DNA of 64,000 nucleotides from an uncultured Nitrososphaerales archaeon (GCA_963706445.1 OY970160.1:1600001-1664000), one strand, 5' to 3'. Shown: positions 46,191 to 56,363, numbered from the stretch's first letter. The notes: generated by a model not told the origin, from the sequence alone. Translations and numbers: made by a program.

Positions 46191-46655
46191 TTCAACCCTT
46201 CCTCCTTGGCCGCCATCACCGCTTCGACAATCTTGACGTAGCCTGTGCACCTGCAGAGGTTACCTCCCAGGGCCTTCCTGACCTCAGCCTCCGTCGCGTT
46301 CGGCTTGTGTTCCACGACGTATTTGCTGACCATGATGAACCCAGGCGTGCAGAATCCGCACTGCGCCGCTCCCTTCTCCATGAAGGTCCTCTGAATCGGG
46401 TCGAGATGACCAGCCCTCGCTAAGGCCCTCGAGGGTGACGATGCTCTTGCCTTCGGCCCAGCCGGCGAGGAGGCAGCAAGAGTACACCGGCTTGTCGTCG
46501 ACGAGGACTGTGCAGGCCCCGCATCCTCCCACGTCGCAGCCCTTCTTCACGCTCGTATATCCGCTTCTCCTCAGGACGTCGCGGAGATTCTCGTGTGGCT
46601 CCGCCTTCAGAATCGTCTTGAAGCCGTTAATCGTCATTTCTAGGTCCGTCCTCAA
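46187..46655 (-). CDS. (2Fe-2S) small subunit of the XDH family enzyme, split by a +1 frameshift at about 46415
   Basis: GCDVGGCGAC...SC in one frame; GHLDPIQRTFMEKGAAQCGFCTPG...NLCRCTGY in the next; extra G in a G run. Confidence 0.85.
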
Positions 46656-46667
46656 GTCACTCCGAGC

Positions 46668-47555
46668 TTATTCGCCAACGTTCGCCAACGCCTTCTTCGC
46701 CAGATACTTCGTCAGGACGCGCCGGTATTCGTGCGATGCACGAAGGTCGGCCGATGGATCTATCTCCTTTGCTGCGGCCTCGCCGACTTTCGCGTACGAT
46801 TGTGCCTCCATCTTTGCGCCGCGCAGGGTCTTCTCTGCTTCTGGGAGCCTCCTTGCGGTCCTCCCGACTGAACCCACCGCTATCCTGCAGTCCTTGACCT
46901 TACCGCCATCATCCAGAAACACCGAGGCCGACATGCTGACAGTCGGGTAGTCGGCGGCCACGGTCTTCTCGGCCACGTAGATCGAAGCGCCTTTGCCTTC
47001 ACGAAGGGGAATCTGCACTTCTGTCAGGAACTCGTCGGGCTTATTTTGGTTATCAGGTAGTCTTCGTAGAGGCCCTCGACCGGGAGTATTCGCTCGCCCG
47101 AGCTGCCCAAGGAGTGCGACCTGCGCGTCGAGCGTCATCAGCACAGGGGGCATGCTGACGATGGGGACCGCCGAGCATATGTTCCCGGCGATGGTCGCAG
47201 CGTTTGCTACCTGTAGTGGGAAGGTGTCTACTGCCTCGGACACGGCCTGATAGTAGGGTTGATTCCTGAACAACGAGTGTTCGGACATGCTCGCCACGGT
47301 CGTCGAACCTCCGACCTTGATCCATTGACTGTCAGCCGTTATGTAGTCCAAGCCGACGCCCTTGATGTCAATCAGTTTCTTGACTTGAGGGAGAAATCCA
47401 AGGACGCCCATCTCGTGGATCGTTATGCCTGCTCCGACAACTCTGGCGGCATCACCGTACCGTTTGAGTAGAGCAACAACCTCATCCTTGCTCTTTGCTC
47501 GTATGTATTCGTCAGGTCTGAATTCCGAATAGGGTTTGACATAAACCCTAGTCAT
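46668..47555 (-). CDS. FAD-binding medium subunit of the XDH family enzyme
   Basis: AATIAGNI, EFLTEV and DLRASHEYRR; about 23 codons near 47040-47110 appear out of frame between two compensating indels. Confidence 0.85.
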   Translation of the reverse strand: MTRVYVKPYSEFRPDEYIRAKSKDEVVALLKRYGDAARVVGAGITIHEMGVLGFLPQVKKLIDIKGVGLDYITADSQWIKVGGSTTVASMSEHSLFRNQPYYQAVSEAVDTFPLQVANAATIAGNICSAVPIVSMPPVLMTLDAQVALLGQLGRANTPGRGPLRRLPDNQNKPDEFLTEVQIPLREGKGASIYVAEKTVAADYPTVSMSASVFLDDGGKVKDCRIAVGSVGRTARRLPEAEKTLRGAKMEAQSYAKVGEAAAKEIDPSADLRASHEYRRVLTKYLAKKALANVGE

Positions 47556-47614
47556 TTGGAATTCGCAAGTCTTGAATGGATTTAAGTCTTGTCGCAAATT
47601 TCGCGACTGCATCG

Positions 47615-49459
47615 TCACTCTTCGTTGACGATCACTCTCACATATTTCATCAGGTCGACGTCTACCAAACCCGACTGCGTGATTTTCAGAGTCGGAATCA
47701 GTGGATACGTCATGAACATCAGTGTTAGGAAAGGAGACTTGAACCTGCACCCAAGACTTCGGAACGACTCGGTCGCCTTCTCCAGATTATTCGTGACCTT
47801 GTCGAGTGGATCCTCTGATATGAGCCCCAATATCGGAAGATGAAACTCTGCGATCACCTTCCCACCTGTGCAGATCACGAAGCCACCCTGCATAGCCCTG
47901 ACCTTGTTGATTGCGAACGCCACTTCGTCATCGGAGCAGCCGACCGCCACCAAGTACTCGGGGACCGGAGCAAAAGACTCGGCAACAGCTCCGTGGTCCA
48001 AGTCGAAGCCGCTGATGAAGCCGTTGCCTATCAGGTTGGAGCCGTACCTATCCACCACGCTGATCTTCAGGATGTCTTTCTCGGGGTCGGGGAGAACGAC
48101 TCCCCCTCCCACTTCAAGGGTTGCCATCCCTCTCCCGGAGATCAGGCTCCCCTCTCTGGCTTGGATGACGTTGACCGTGGCGTGTGACGCTCTCTTGTTT
48201 CTGGTACGGACAGCAAAATCAGCCCCCCCGAGCGTTGGTCTAATGCGTATGGTCCTTCGCATGAACTTCGGTTGCTTCGGCTGCTTCAACCGGTCGAGAA
48301 ATCTCCCTCCTTCGGCCACCACCTTGCCATTGGCGATAACGGTCTGCGCTCTGAAATCCGAAAGATCCTTCACTAACACGATGTCGGCTATCTTCCCGGC
48401 CGTTATGCTACCGATGTCATTGTCGACTCTGTAGTATTCTGCGGCGTTGATCGTGGCCATCTGTATGGCGGAAATTGGCGGAATTCCCATCCCCATTGCT
48501 TTCCGCACCTTGTAGTCCATGTGCCCCAGCGCCTTCAGTTCGAGGGCATCCACTTCGTCGGTACAGAACATGAATCTCCTGGTGTCCAAGCCTCGCTCTG
48601 TGACGGCGCGAAGCACGTTTCCCAGGTCTACTGCTGCTGAACCTTCCCTCGCAACAATCCGGACCCCTCGCCTTACCTTCTCTAACGCCTCGTAAGGGTC
48701 AACCGATTCGTGGTCGGATGTAGCGCCGAGCGAGAGCCAAGATGCGACCCTCGCCCCGTGGAACCCCACGTAGTGCCCTACAACTGTCTTCCTCAGCTTG
48801 ATTGTCTTCTCGATTAGGGCTCTGACATGAGGGTTGGATGCTGTCTGGGGTTGGACTTCCCCAAGGGCCACGGTGGCGTCCCAGTCGAGCATCTCCATCA
48901 GAGTCCGCCGGCTTGACCTTGCCGCTGTTGCCGAATGGGTCGTTCTGTACGTACGCCAGGAGCGGGACGTTGAACAGGACCTTCAGCGGTGTTCTGAGCG
49001 CCTCTGCCAGACCCGCCTCGACGGCCCTGGGCCCGGCCACCGCGCCGTATTCGTAGAAGTCGGAGGCTATGGCGGTGGTCCCTCTTGCCAGCAGGCTCAT
49101 GGCAAGGTTTGTCATGGTCAGGTAGGTGCCTGCCACGTGGTAGTGCACGTCGATGAGGCCAGGAGAGAGGAAAGCCCCCTCCGCGTTCACGACCTTGGTC
49201 TTCGAGGAAGTGAACTCCTTCGCGTCCTCTCCCACCACCGCTATTCTTGTCCCGAAGACAGGCGACATCGGCTTCGTAGATTTCCAGAGGAATGGACATT
49301 GACGAGCTTCCCACCCTTGATGATCAGGTCGGCCTTCAACCTGCCAGACTCCAGCAGGTCGACCAGCCGATGTCGTTCGCGAACTTCATTGAATCCTTCG
49401 TTGACGAGGTTCGTCGAGGGTTCGCGCCCCCTGGAGCCGGGTCCCTCCCTTGGGCCCAT
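47615..49459 (-). CDS. ade: Adenine deaminase (amidohydrolase), interrupted by about three +1 frameshifts
   Basis: ADLIIKGGKLVNVHS / LEIYEADVA / VFGTRIAVVG...PGLIDVHYH...GTT / LGEV...SDHE...REGSAA...FCTDE...ATINAA; breaks at about 49285, 49260 and 48900. Confidence 0.82.
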
Positions 49460-49517
49460 GGGTGACTCGCTGGGGGATGGAGGAATTAAGCTGTAATCGT
49501 TCGGTCAGGGCCTTGTC

Positions 49518-50018
49518 TCAGAGATTCTGTTCGATGGCCTTCTGCAGGTCGGCGGGGATATTGGGCGAATGAATCACTCGGACTATCCACTTGAAGATAT
49601 CACGCTCCGTGGTTATGCCCACTAGCTGCCCGTTTTTCACCACCGGGAGCTGTCTGATCTTTTTATTGACCATGAGGTCCAGAGCGTCCCAGACCTTGGT
49701 GTCGGGGCTCACTGAGATTACGGGCCTGGAGGAGATTTCTCCAATCTTCAGTCGCATGTCTACCGACTTGTCCTTGGTGTACTTCCTTACGAAGTCGCGC
49801 TCGGTGACAATTCCCACAGGTTTCTTCCCTTCGACCACGACCACCGAACCGATGTCGTAGTTCGCCATCGCCTCAAGGGCCAGGCCCACGGTCCCGGTGG
49901 AGTCGACAGTCCGGACCGTTTTGCTCATGACTTCTGAGACGGAATCTTTGTCCGACAAACTCTGTTGTTCGGTGCTTGGGGCCGGTCTATAAACGATAGG
50001 ACAATCTTCGGATGTCAA
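49518..50018 (-). CDS. CBS domain pair protein
   Basis: Two CBS repeats (GIVTERD, GITTERD). Confidence 0.9.
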   Translation of the reverse strand: MTSEDCPIVYRPAPSTEQQSLSDKDSVSEVMSKTVRTVDSTGTVGLALEAMANYDIGSVVVVEGKKPVGIVTERDFVRKYTKDKSVDMRLKIGEISSRPVISVSPDTKVWDALDLMVNKKIRQLPVVKNGQLVGITTERDIFKWIVRVIHSPNIPADLQKAIEQNL

Positions 50019-50079
50019 AAACCGGTTGCGCGGCGGTCAGCCCGCGTGAGGCGGCCGCCGTGCTCTCTCTCCGTCGATT

Positions 50080-51312
50080 CTAGTTTGTCAGCGGGAGGAC
50101 GGTCATCTCGTCGGAAGGCCACTTGGAGAGTATCTCGTACCCTCCTGAGGTCACCCGGATCATTTCCTCGATGCGGGTCCCACCGTCGTGCGGCCTGCCG
50201 TCCTGGGTCTCCACTGAGAAGGTCATGTTCTCCTCAATCTTCTGCGGGAACTCGAAGGAGAAGGCCCTGCTCACGTTTGGAGGCTCGTACAGGGACAGCC
50301 CGATGCCGTGGCCCCATTGGTTGGCGATGGCCTCCCACTCGCTCTTGTAGCCCCACTCCTTGGTGGAGTCAGGCCACTCCGCTGCGAGCTGGTCCGTCGT
50401 GGCTCCCGGCTTGATCTTTCTGATTGCGGCGTAGAGCCAGTCGTAGGTGCGCTTGTAGTAGTCCTTCATTCGCTGGCTCGGCGGTCCACAGCTGAAGACC
50501 CTGTACCAGTCTGCCAAGTAGCCGTTCCACGCGAGCCCTCCTATGTCGTAGTTGACGACTTCGTTGGGCCTCACCATCCTGTCGGTGTGGAACTTGAAGT
50601 TGGGCCACCCGTAGTGCCCGGAGGTGACGGTGAAACCGATGTTGTCGTCCGCTCCGAGGGCCCAGGCCACCTTCGACCCGTAGCCGACAAGTTCTCTTTC
50701 CGTTACTCCTGGCCTGATTTGTTTGGCGACCTCGTTGAAGACGGCCTCGGATATGGCGCAGGCGATCCTTAGGCACTCTATCTCGTCCTCGGTCTTGATC
50801 TTCCTGGCGTCGACCATGGCAGTCTGGGCGTCTACCGGGGTTATGCCGACGCTCTTGAGGCCTTGGACCGCGTAGAAGTCGTGGACGTCCATTCCGATCC
50901 GCCCGTTGATCTGTCCCCTAGCCTTGATCTCTTCTTTGATGTCTTCAGCCCAGCGCTTGGCGATGGTCTCGGGCCAGACTCCGGTGGAGCCTCTTAGCCA
51001 GACGATGGCCGACTTGATGTTGCCCTCCAACCATGGAGCCTCTTCGAGCATGGTGTACTTGATGTCCCCGTGCTCGTAGAGCAGTGGAATCTGGTCTCGT
51101 GTGACCACGGCGTACCTCCAGCCAGGCACACGGATCATCCATGGCGGCGTGGCGGTGCTTGTAGTGTATCTCACGTTCGCCAGGTCGAGGAGGATCATCG
51201 CATCGAGATCCTTCTCTTTCATTTGCTTCTTGGCGCGCTCCAGGCGCTCTTTCCTCATCCTCTCAATGTTGACCCCTATTCTCCAGTCGTAGGCGTTTCT
51301 TCCGAAAGACAT
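50080..51312 (-). CDS. M24 metallopeptidase family protein (Xaa-Pro peptidase / DddP-like)
   Basis: NVRYTT, ARKIKTEDEI and metal ligands D (YDIG), D (ADWYR), H (GHGIG), E (SVE), E (RIEE). Confidence 0.88.
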   Translation of the reverse strand: MSFGRNAYDWRIGVNIERMRKERLERAKKQMKEKDLDAMILLDLANVRYTTSTATPPWMIRVPGWRYAVVTRDQIPLLYEHGDIKYTMLEEAPWLEGNIKSAIVWLRGSTGVWPETIAKRWAEDIKEEIKARGQINGRIGMDVHDFYAVQGLKSVGITPVDAQTAMVDARKIKTEDEIECLRIACAISEAVFNEVAKQIRPGVTERELVGYGSKVAWALGADDNIGFTVTSGHYGWPNFKFHTDRMVRPNEVVNYDIGGLAWNGYLADWYRVFSCGPPSQRMKDYYKRTYDWLYAAIRKIKPGATTDQLAAEWPDSTKEWGYKSEWEAIANQWGHGIGLSLYEPPNVSRAFSFEFPQKIEENMTFSVETQDGRPHDGGTRIEEMIRVTSGGYEILSKWPSDEMTVLPLTN

Positions 51313-51413
51313 GACTCTTGAGCGGCCGTGTCATTGATTTAAGAGTTGATACGAAAGGTGAATCTTACCAGTTACCTTCGGGCCCCAGATTAGTCGGCAC
51401 CAACTAAATTTGG

Positions 51414-51731
51414 CTATTTGGATTTGTTTCGGAGCTTAAGCTCGACTGTGAACTCCCTTATCATTGAATCCAGAAACTTCGTGAACTCCTCTTCAGACTG
51501 GAACGCGACATGCTCGTTCTCGTCTATCTTCTTCTTGGCCGCAAGGAGAAATTCGTCCGTGTTGATGCACGGCACTTGTCGAGACGCGGTTGCGAGCCTG
51601 CTCAGGGCCTGCATGAGCCTGAGCGGCCCGTAGTGGGGAGGCTCGTCCAGACAACCTCGCGCGCTCGCGAGAAGGAACATCGCCAAATCATACACGTAAT
51701 CGTTGGGTCCCATCGAACCTTCCTCGGTCAT
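51414..51731 (-). CDS. Small conserved protein, DUF6092-like
   Basis: FLLASARGCLDEPPHYGPLRL motif; ATGA overlap with the nitroreductase gene. Confidence 0.75.
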   Translation of the reverse strand: MTEEGSMGPNDYVYDLAMFLLASARGCLDEPPHYGPLRLMQALSRLATASRQVPCINTDEFLLAAKKKIDENEHVAFQSEEEFTKFLDSMIREFTVELKLRNKSK

Positions 51732-52258
51732 GCTTCCCAAGTCCTGCCATACCTGTCGAGATAAATGGCGTCGGCGTCCGCCTTTGGCCTGACGGAGGGG
51801 GGCAGCTCCTTCTTGGGGTACCCCAGCTGGACCATGATTTCGGTCCTGCAGTTCGCCGGTATATCGAGAATCTCTTTCAGGCCCTCCTCTGAATAGGATT
51901 TCGCAAGACATGCACCCAGGCCTAGGTCCACAGCAGCTAACAAGACGTTCTCCGCAGCTGCACCCGCGTCCATGGGCGAGCAGATGGCACCCAGCCTGCC
52001 GAGTTGCTTCGCCGAGTCAAGGTCGGTAATCATGATTATGAGCGCGGTCGGGGACCCTCTGATGCCAGGCGAGACCTGCTTGACCAGCTTTATCGTTGCG
52101 GGGTTGTTCACCACGAGAATTCTCCTGTAAGGCGCGTTGCCCGACGTCGGTGCCCTCCTAGCCGCATAGACCAGCTTCTTCAGAATATCTTCTGGCACGG
52201 GCGCCGTTGTGAAATCCCTGACTGCTCTGCGTCTTTGCAGCGCCTCGAAGAGTTCCAT
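51728..52258 (-). CDS. Nitroreductase family protein
   Basis: ALQRRRAVRDF, APTSGN, DAGAAAENVLLAAVDLGLGAC and LGYP. Confidence 0.92.
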   Translation of the reverse strand: MELFEALQRRRAVRDFTTAPVPEDILKKLVYAARRAPTSGNAPYRRILVVNNPATIKLVKQVSPGIRGSPTALIIMITDLDSAKQLGRLGAICSPMDAGAAAENVLLAAVDLGLGACLAKSYSEEGLKEILDIPANCRTEIMVQLGYPKKELPPSVRPKADADAIYLDRYGRTWEA

Positions 52259-52296
52259 TTGGAGGTTTCTGCACAGGCTCCTAGATGTGGCTATCC

Positions 52297-53319
52297 CTAG
52301 GCGTCACCAGGCCTCCTCCATCTCTTCACAAGTTCGCCGAACCTTTCCGAGGTCATGGCTGAGAGGTCTCCCATCTCTGCGAGCTCGGCTTCGGTGTAGC
52401 CAGCGTAGAGGAGCATGGTCCTCCTTGCCTTGACCTGCGTGTCCCCCGGTTCGCCGAGTGGTTTCTCGACGGGCGGACTGTCCTGCCCTTGGTGGGCCCT
52501 GCTGATGATGTCCTTGTTGTACTTGGTAGCTATGGCCTCGCTCAATATGCTGACTGCGATTTCTCCTGCCGAGATTGCCCCGATGTCCGCGCCCACCGGT
52601 GACTTGATGGATGCCACGAACGATTCCTCGACTCCCGCCTTCCTGAGCTTGGCGAAGTCCTCTTTCGCTCTCTGAAGGCTCGCCACCATTCCAACGAATC
52701 TGAGCTTGAACTTCGAGAGGGCCTGCAGCGTTTCAACGTCTCTTTCGCCCTTGGTCAGGACGACGATGGAATCCGAGTTCGTAAAGCCGAACGAGCTGAG
52801 GTCATAGGCGGGATCTTGGATCAGCTGGTCCGGCTTCTCGGTCAACATCGGGCTGTGGTCGATAACGACGACAGTGATGTCGAGGACTTTGGCGACCCGG
52901 ACGAGGGCTTCTTCGACGTCGTCTTTGCCGCCCTGGCCGATGAGGATCAGCCTCTCTTGCGGGAGGTAAGGCTCAACATAGATCTCCATCATACCACCGC
53001 AGTCGGTTTCGACGTGAATTTCGTCATCGCTGTGCCCTCGGAGTGCGGCTCCCACGGCCTTGTCTGGCCCTTCCAGGAAGACCTTGACCATCTTGGGAGT
53101 TCTCGTCCTCATGGTCATCTTGGCCGCCGCCACTATGGCGGACTCGGGGCAGACGCCCCCCAACGTGCCGTAGAGGATTTCGCCCGCGCCTGAAACGACG
53201 GCCTTGAAGCCCGGCTTGCCCAGGGACGACCCTTCTGTCTTCACCACCGTCGCCACTGCGAACGGCTCCCCCGTGCTGGTGAGCGACTCGATGACTTCGG
53301 CGAACTCTTTCTGCTTCAT
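52297..53319 (-). CDS. XdhC/CoxI-type molybdenum cofactor insertion chaperone with an extra C-terminal segment
   Basis: ATVVKTEGSS, GTLGGVC, CGGMMEIYVEP and SPVGADIGA...EIAVSILSE; extra tail resembles the island integrase C-terminus. Confidence 0.88.
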   Translation of the reverse strand: MKQKEFAEVIESLTSTGEPFAVATVVKTEGSSLGKPGFKAVVSGAGEILYGTLGGVCPESAIVAAAKMTMRTRTPKMVKVFLEGPDKAVGAALRGHSDDEIHVETDCGGMMEIYVEPYLPQERLILIGQGGKDDVEEALVRVAKVLDITVVVIDHSPMLTEKPDQLIQDPAYDLSSFGFTNSDSIVVLTKGERDVETLQALSKFKLRFVGMVASLQRAKEDFAKLRKAGVEESFVASIKSPVGADIGAISAGEIAVSILSEAIATKYNKDIISRAHQGQDSPPVEKPLGEPGDTQVKARRTMLLYAGYTEAELAEMGDLSAMTSERFGELVKRWRRPGDA

Positions 53320-53414
53320 GGCACTTGCTGGGTTAGATTTCCCGTCCCGTTATTTATCCAATGGCGTCGAGCATTCCGGTTGCTCGGTTAGCAGCGGTGA
53401 AGCGATTAACGTGG

Positions 53415-53681
53415 CTATGAAATCCAAGTGTCGACTTCGTCCTTGCCTACCGCGATTAGGGTCGTTGACGAAGCTACTTCCGAGGTCGCCATGGCGTATT
53501 TCATGGCCGCATTCTCGTCGGGAGCTTCGATGACAGACACCACGTCATATGCGCCTAGAGTAAAGTATGTGCGCACGAACTTCACGCCCCATGGTAGCGC
53601 TTCGTCGTGCTTCCTGTCAAACCACGCCTTCTGCTCCTTGTCGTACGGGGTCTTCAGCTTGATGAGTCGGATGAAAATCAT
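53415..53681 (-). CDS. GYD domain protein
   Basis: YFTLGAYDVV...EAPD motif. Confidence 0.85.
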   Translation of the reverse strand: MIFIRLIKLKTPYDKEQKAWFDRKHDEALPWGVKFVRTYFTLGAYDVVSVIEAPDENAAMKYAMATSEVASSTTLIAVGKDEVDTWIS

Positions 53682-53839
53682 GGCAAAGCGTGACTCGCAT
53701 CCCAGCTATTTAAGACGGCATTGGCTTCAGAGATGATCTGCGGATTTTGACATGCCGGCTCTAATTGCCCGATTCAGAAGAATTCCATCGACCCACCAGA
53801 TAACGCTTTATTATCAGTCTCCGCTCTTTGTTGTATCAA

Positions 53840-54265
53840 ATGGTTTCGAAGGCAATCCAGTTTGTCATCCCTCTGACCAACAAACCCGGAACCATGTCGA
53901 AGCTCTGTTCGGCGCTGGGCGAGAAGGGAGTGAACATAATCGCCATCCTCGTACCCGAGGCGGAGCGTAAGCAGATCGCGCGAGTGATGGTGAAGGTTGA
54001 CGACCTAGGCGTGACCAGAGATGTCCTCAAGCGGGAGAGGATTGAATTCTCCGAGGAGGAGGTACTTGACATAGAGATGGACAACAAGCCGGGGGCGTTC
54101 GGTGAACTGTCTGGAAAGCTCGCCAGGGCTGGAGTCAACATCAAGTACGCCTACGCAACGACCGAGCCATTCGCTAGGGCAAGGGTGGTCATTGCAGTAC
54201 CCAACGTTTCCAAGGGATTAACGGTTCTAACAAACGGGCAAAGGTTGGTCGAGGCGTCGGCCTAG
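53840..54265 (+). CDS. Tandem ACT domain protein
   Basis: NKPG...LGEKGVNI and DNKPG...LARAGVNIKYAY. Confidence 0.9.
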   Translation: MVSKAIQFVIPLTNKPGTMSKLCSALGEKGVNIIAILVPEAERKQIARVMVKVDDLGVTRDVLKRERIEFSEEEVLDIEMDNKPGAFGELSGKLARAGVNIKYAYATTEPFARARVVIAVPNVSKGLTVLTNGQRLVEASA

Positions 54266-54361
54266 CTGTCGGTTTGAGCCTACAAACCAGTATTCGTTGC
54301 CGTAATGTCGTTTCAGACGTCAGACGTCGAACTAGAATTCGACCCTTGTCGTGCTTTGCGT

Positions 54362-54408
54362 GGATTTGAACCCACATATGTGGACTCACATCCCCCAGGG
54401 CCCTTATT
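54362..54408. repeat. Right att region: head-to-head tRNA-His T-arm copies plus the missing acceptor strand
   Basis: GGATTTGAACCCAC (54362-54375) is the exact reverse complement of the tRNA's GTGGGTTCAAATCC. It is followed by a degenerate direct copy GTGGACTCACATCCC, CCAGGGCC (54395-54402) and CTTATT. Confidence 0.7.
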
Positions 54409-54666
54409 CATGGACCTAGTTCAAATCACCGAACGGGAATCATCCCTTCTCTACTGGGAACAAATTAGACAGTTTGACTAGCGACTCCGGTCATCTGCGG
54501 AATGTGGCTACATAGACGTGATTTCTTCCTAATGCCTTGTGACAACGAAGGTCTCAGGGGCTCGCGAAAGCGAGGAAGGAGCGGAGAGGCCCTCTGACGA
54601 AACAGTCTGTTTTAGCGGAGGGAGCCAAGGAACAGTTAAGCGACTTTCTCCTGCAGCCTCTTCAAG

Positions 54667-56011
54667 ATGACGGACAGTCCTGCAAGCGTCGAAAGGCGGG
54701 GGATCGAACACATCCCAGACGAGGAAAGGCACGGCTCGCCTGGCAGGGTCTTCACCCTCTGGTTCGCTGCCAATCTGACCGTCGCTGACTACGTCATCGG
54801 GGTGCTCTGCGTCCAGGCTTTCGGGCTGACCGTCCCCCAGGCCCTCCCCGTGCTGCTTTTGGGCAACCTGCTAGGGGGCCTGCTCCTCGGCCTCTCTGCC
54901 GCCATGGGTCCAAGGTTGGGGTTCCCACAGATGCTTTCGTCTCGCAGTTCATTCGGGAGGCGGGGAAACTACCTCTTCGGGGGGCTGAACTGGATAAGCA
55001 CGGTCGGCTGGTTCACGGTCAACACAATCCTTGGGGTCGAGGCCCTGCAGGCAGTACTGCCGGGGGTCAATTTCTACGGTGCGGCTGCGGCCTTGGTCGC
55101 AATTCAGATCGTCATCGCCGTCTATGGGCACGATTTCATCCACCTGCTGGAGAAAGCGATGGCCGTTGTCCTGGGCCTCCTTTTCATGGGAGTGTTCATC
55201 GTTGCCATTCCTAAGCTTGGAGCCTCCTTCTCGTTTGTCCCGGCTGAAGGTTCCGCGGGTTGGCCAGCACTGGGGGCCGTCGGGGTCGTGCTCGCGACGT
55301 CCTTCTCCTACCTGATGAGCTGGTCCCCCTACGCATCTGACTACAGCAGGTATCTTCCGAGTTCGGTTTCAGGCAGGAGGGTCGCTTCCTTCGCGCTGAT
55401 CGGTGGCGCAGCCGCTTCGTTCGCAGTGGAGGCCATCGGAGCCATGGTTGGAAGCCTCACCCCCAACGTCGGGTTCTTCCAGGCTTTGGACAGTTTCTCG
55501 GGATGGTTCGGGCCCTTCGCAATCATCGCCATCGTCCTCGGCGCCTTGGCAGCTAACGAGTTGAACCTCTACACGAACGCCCTCTCTGCTCTTGTCCTCG
55601 ACATCAGGGTGAAGCGTTGGGTTGCAGTTGTGGCGGGCGGGCTGGTTGGGCTTTCACTGTCAATCATCGGCAGCTCCAATTTCGTGATTAACTATCAGAA
55701 CTTCCTCTTCGTCCTCGACTACTGGATAACGCCATGGCTTGGGATAGTGCTGGTTGACTACTACGTGGTGAGAAGAACGACAGTCGAGATTTCTCTCTTC
55801 CGACTGGAACTTGAAAGCGCTCTCAGTGTACCTGATTGCAGTGTTAGTTTCAGTGCCTTTCATGGTTCCTGCTCTGAATCTCGGATCTCCGTTCGGGTCC
55901 CTCGCGTATCTTTTCGGCGGAGCGGACTTCAGCTACTTCGTCTCGTTCGCCGTCGCGTGTGTTCTGACATACTTGGTTCGCCGACAATCTGCTCGTCGAT
56001 GGGCCAGATAG
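54667..56011 (+). CDS. NCS1 family purine/cytosine permease, frameshifted at about 55795
   Basis: VERRGIEHIP, LWFAAN, GPRLG.PQM..SR..FG and WSPYASDYSRY. The natural C-terminus (DWNLKAL...GGADFSY) is in another frame, ending at 56011. Confidence 0.85.
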
Positions 56012-56363
56012 TGCGTGAAGGAGCCAGGCTATCGCCTTGCTATTCCTTTTCAGAATTTGTTCCCACACATGTGGACTCACATCATACCCAACGAGTGCGC
56101 AGAGAGCTCCATCGACAACGCTGACTCTTCATTTCCCAGCCCAAAGAGCCTCGAATGAATTAGGGTAGGAAGCTATAGTGGTCGTGCCATAAGAGAACTC
56201 CCTTCCAAGAATTCCTAGCCCAACTACTCGTTTCTAATGCAACCTTTGAAAGTTCGCTTCATGGTACTCTGACCGGATTCTTCATCGCGTTACAGTTCCT
56301 GGCCGATTCCTTAGGGACAAGTCTTTTATTCAAAAAAGCCGTCCAAAAAATTAGGGAACCAGT

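Larger units (their letters stand above)
17506..54408. mobile_element. Roughly 37-kb integrative genomic island inserted at tRNA-His
   Basis: Integrase next to the tRNA. Degenerate direct repeat: GTGGGTTCAAATCCCAC---------TTATT (17506-17527) vs GTGGACTCACATCCC--CCAGGGCCCTTATT (54380-54408). 12-bp inverted repeat near both ends; mobile-element-type small genes. Confidence 0.72.

Noticed and set aside
47615-49459. Programmed ribosomal frameshifting in adenine deaminase
   Set aside because: Three separate shifts without slippery heptamers, and similar indels occur in neighbouring genes.
54585-54610. Hammerhead ribozyme core (CTGACGA...GAAA)
   Set aside because: CTGACGA and GAAA overlap with no stem II, and flanking stems are not evident.
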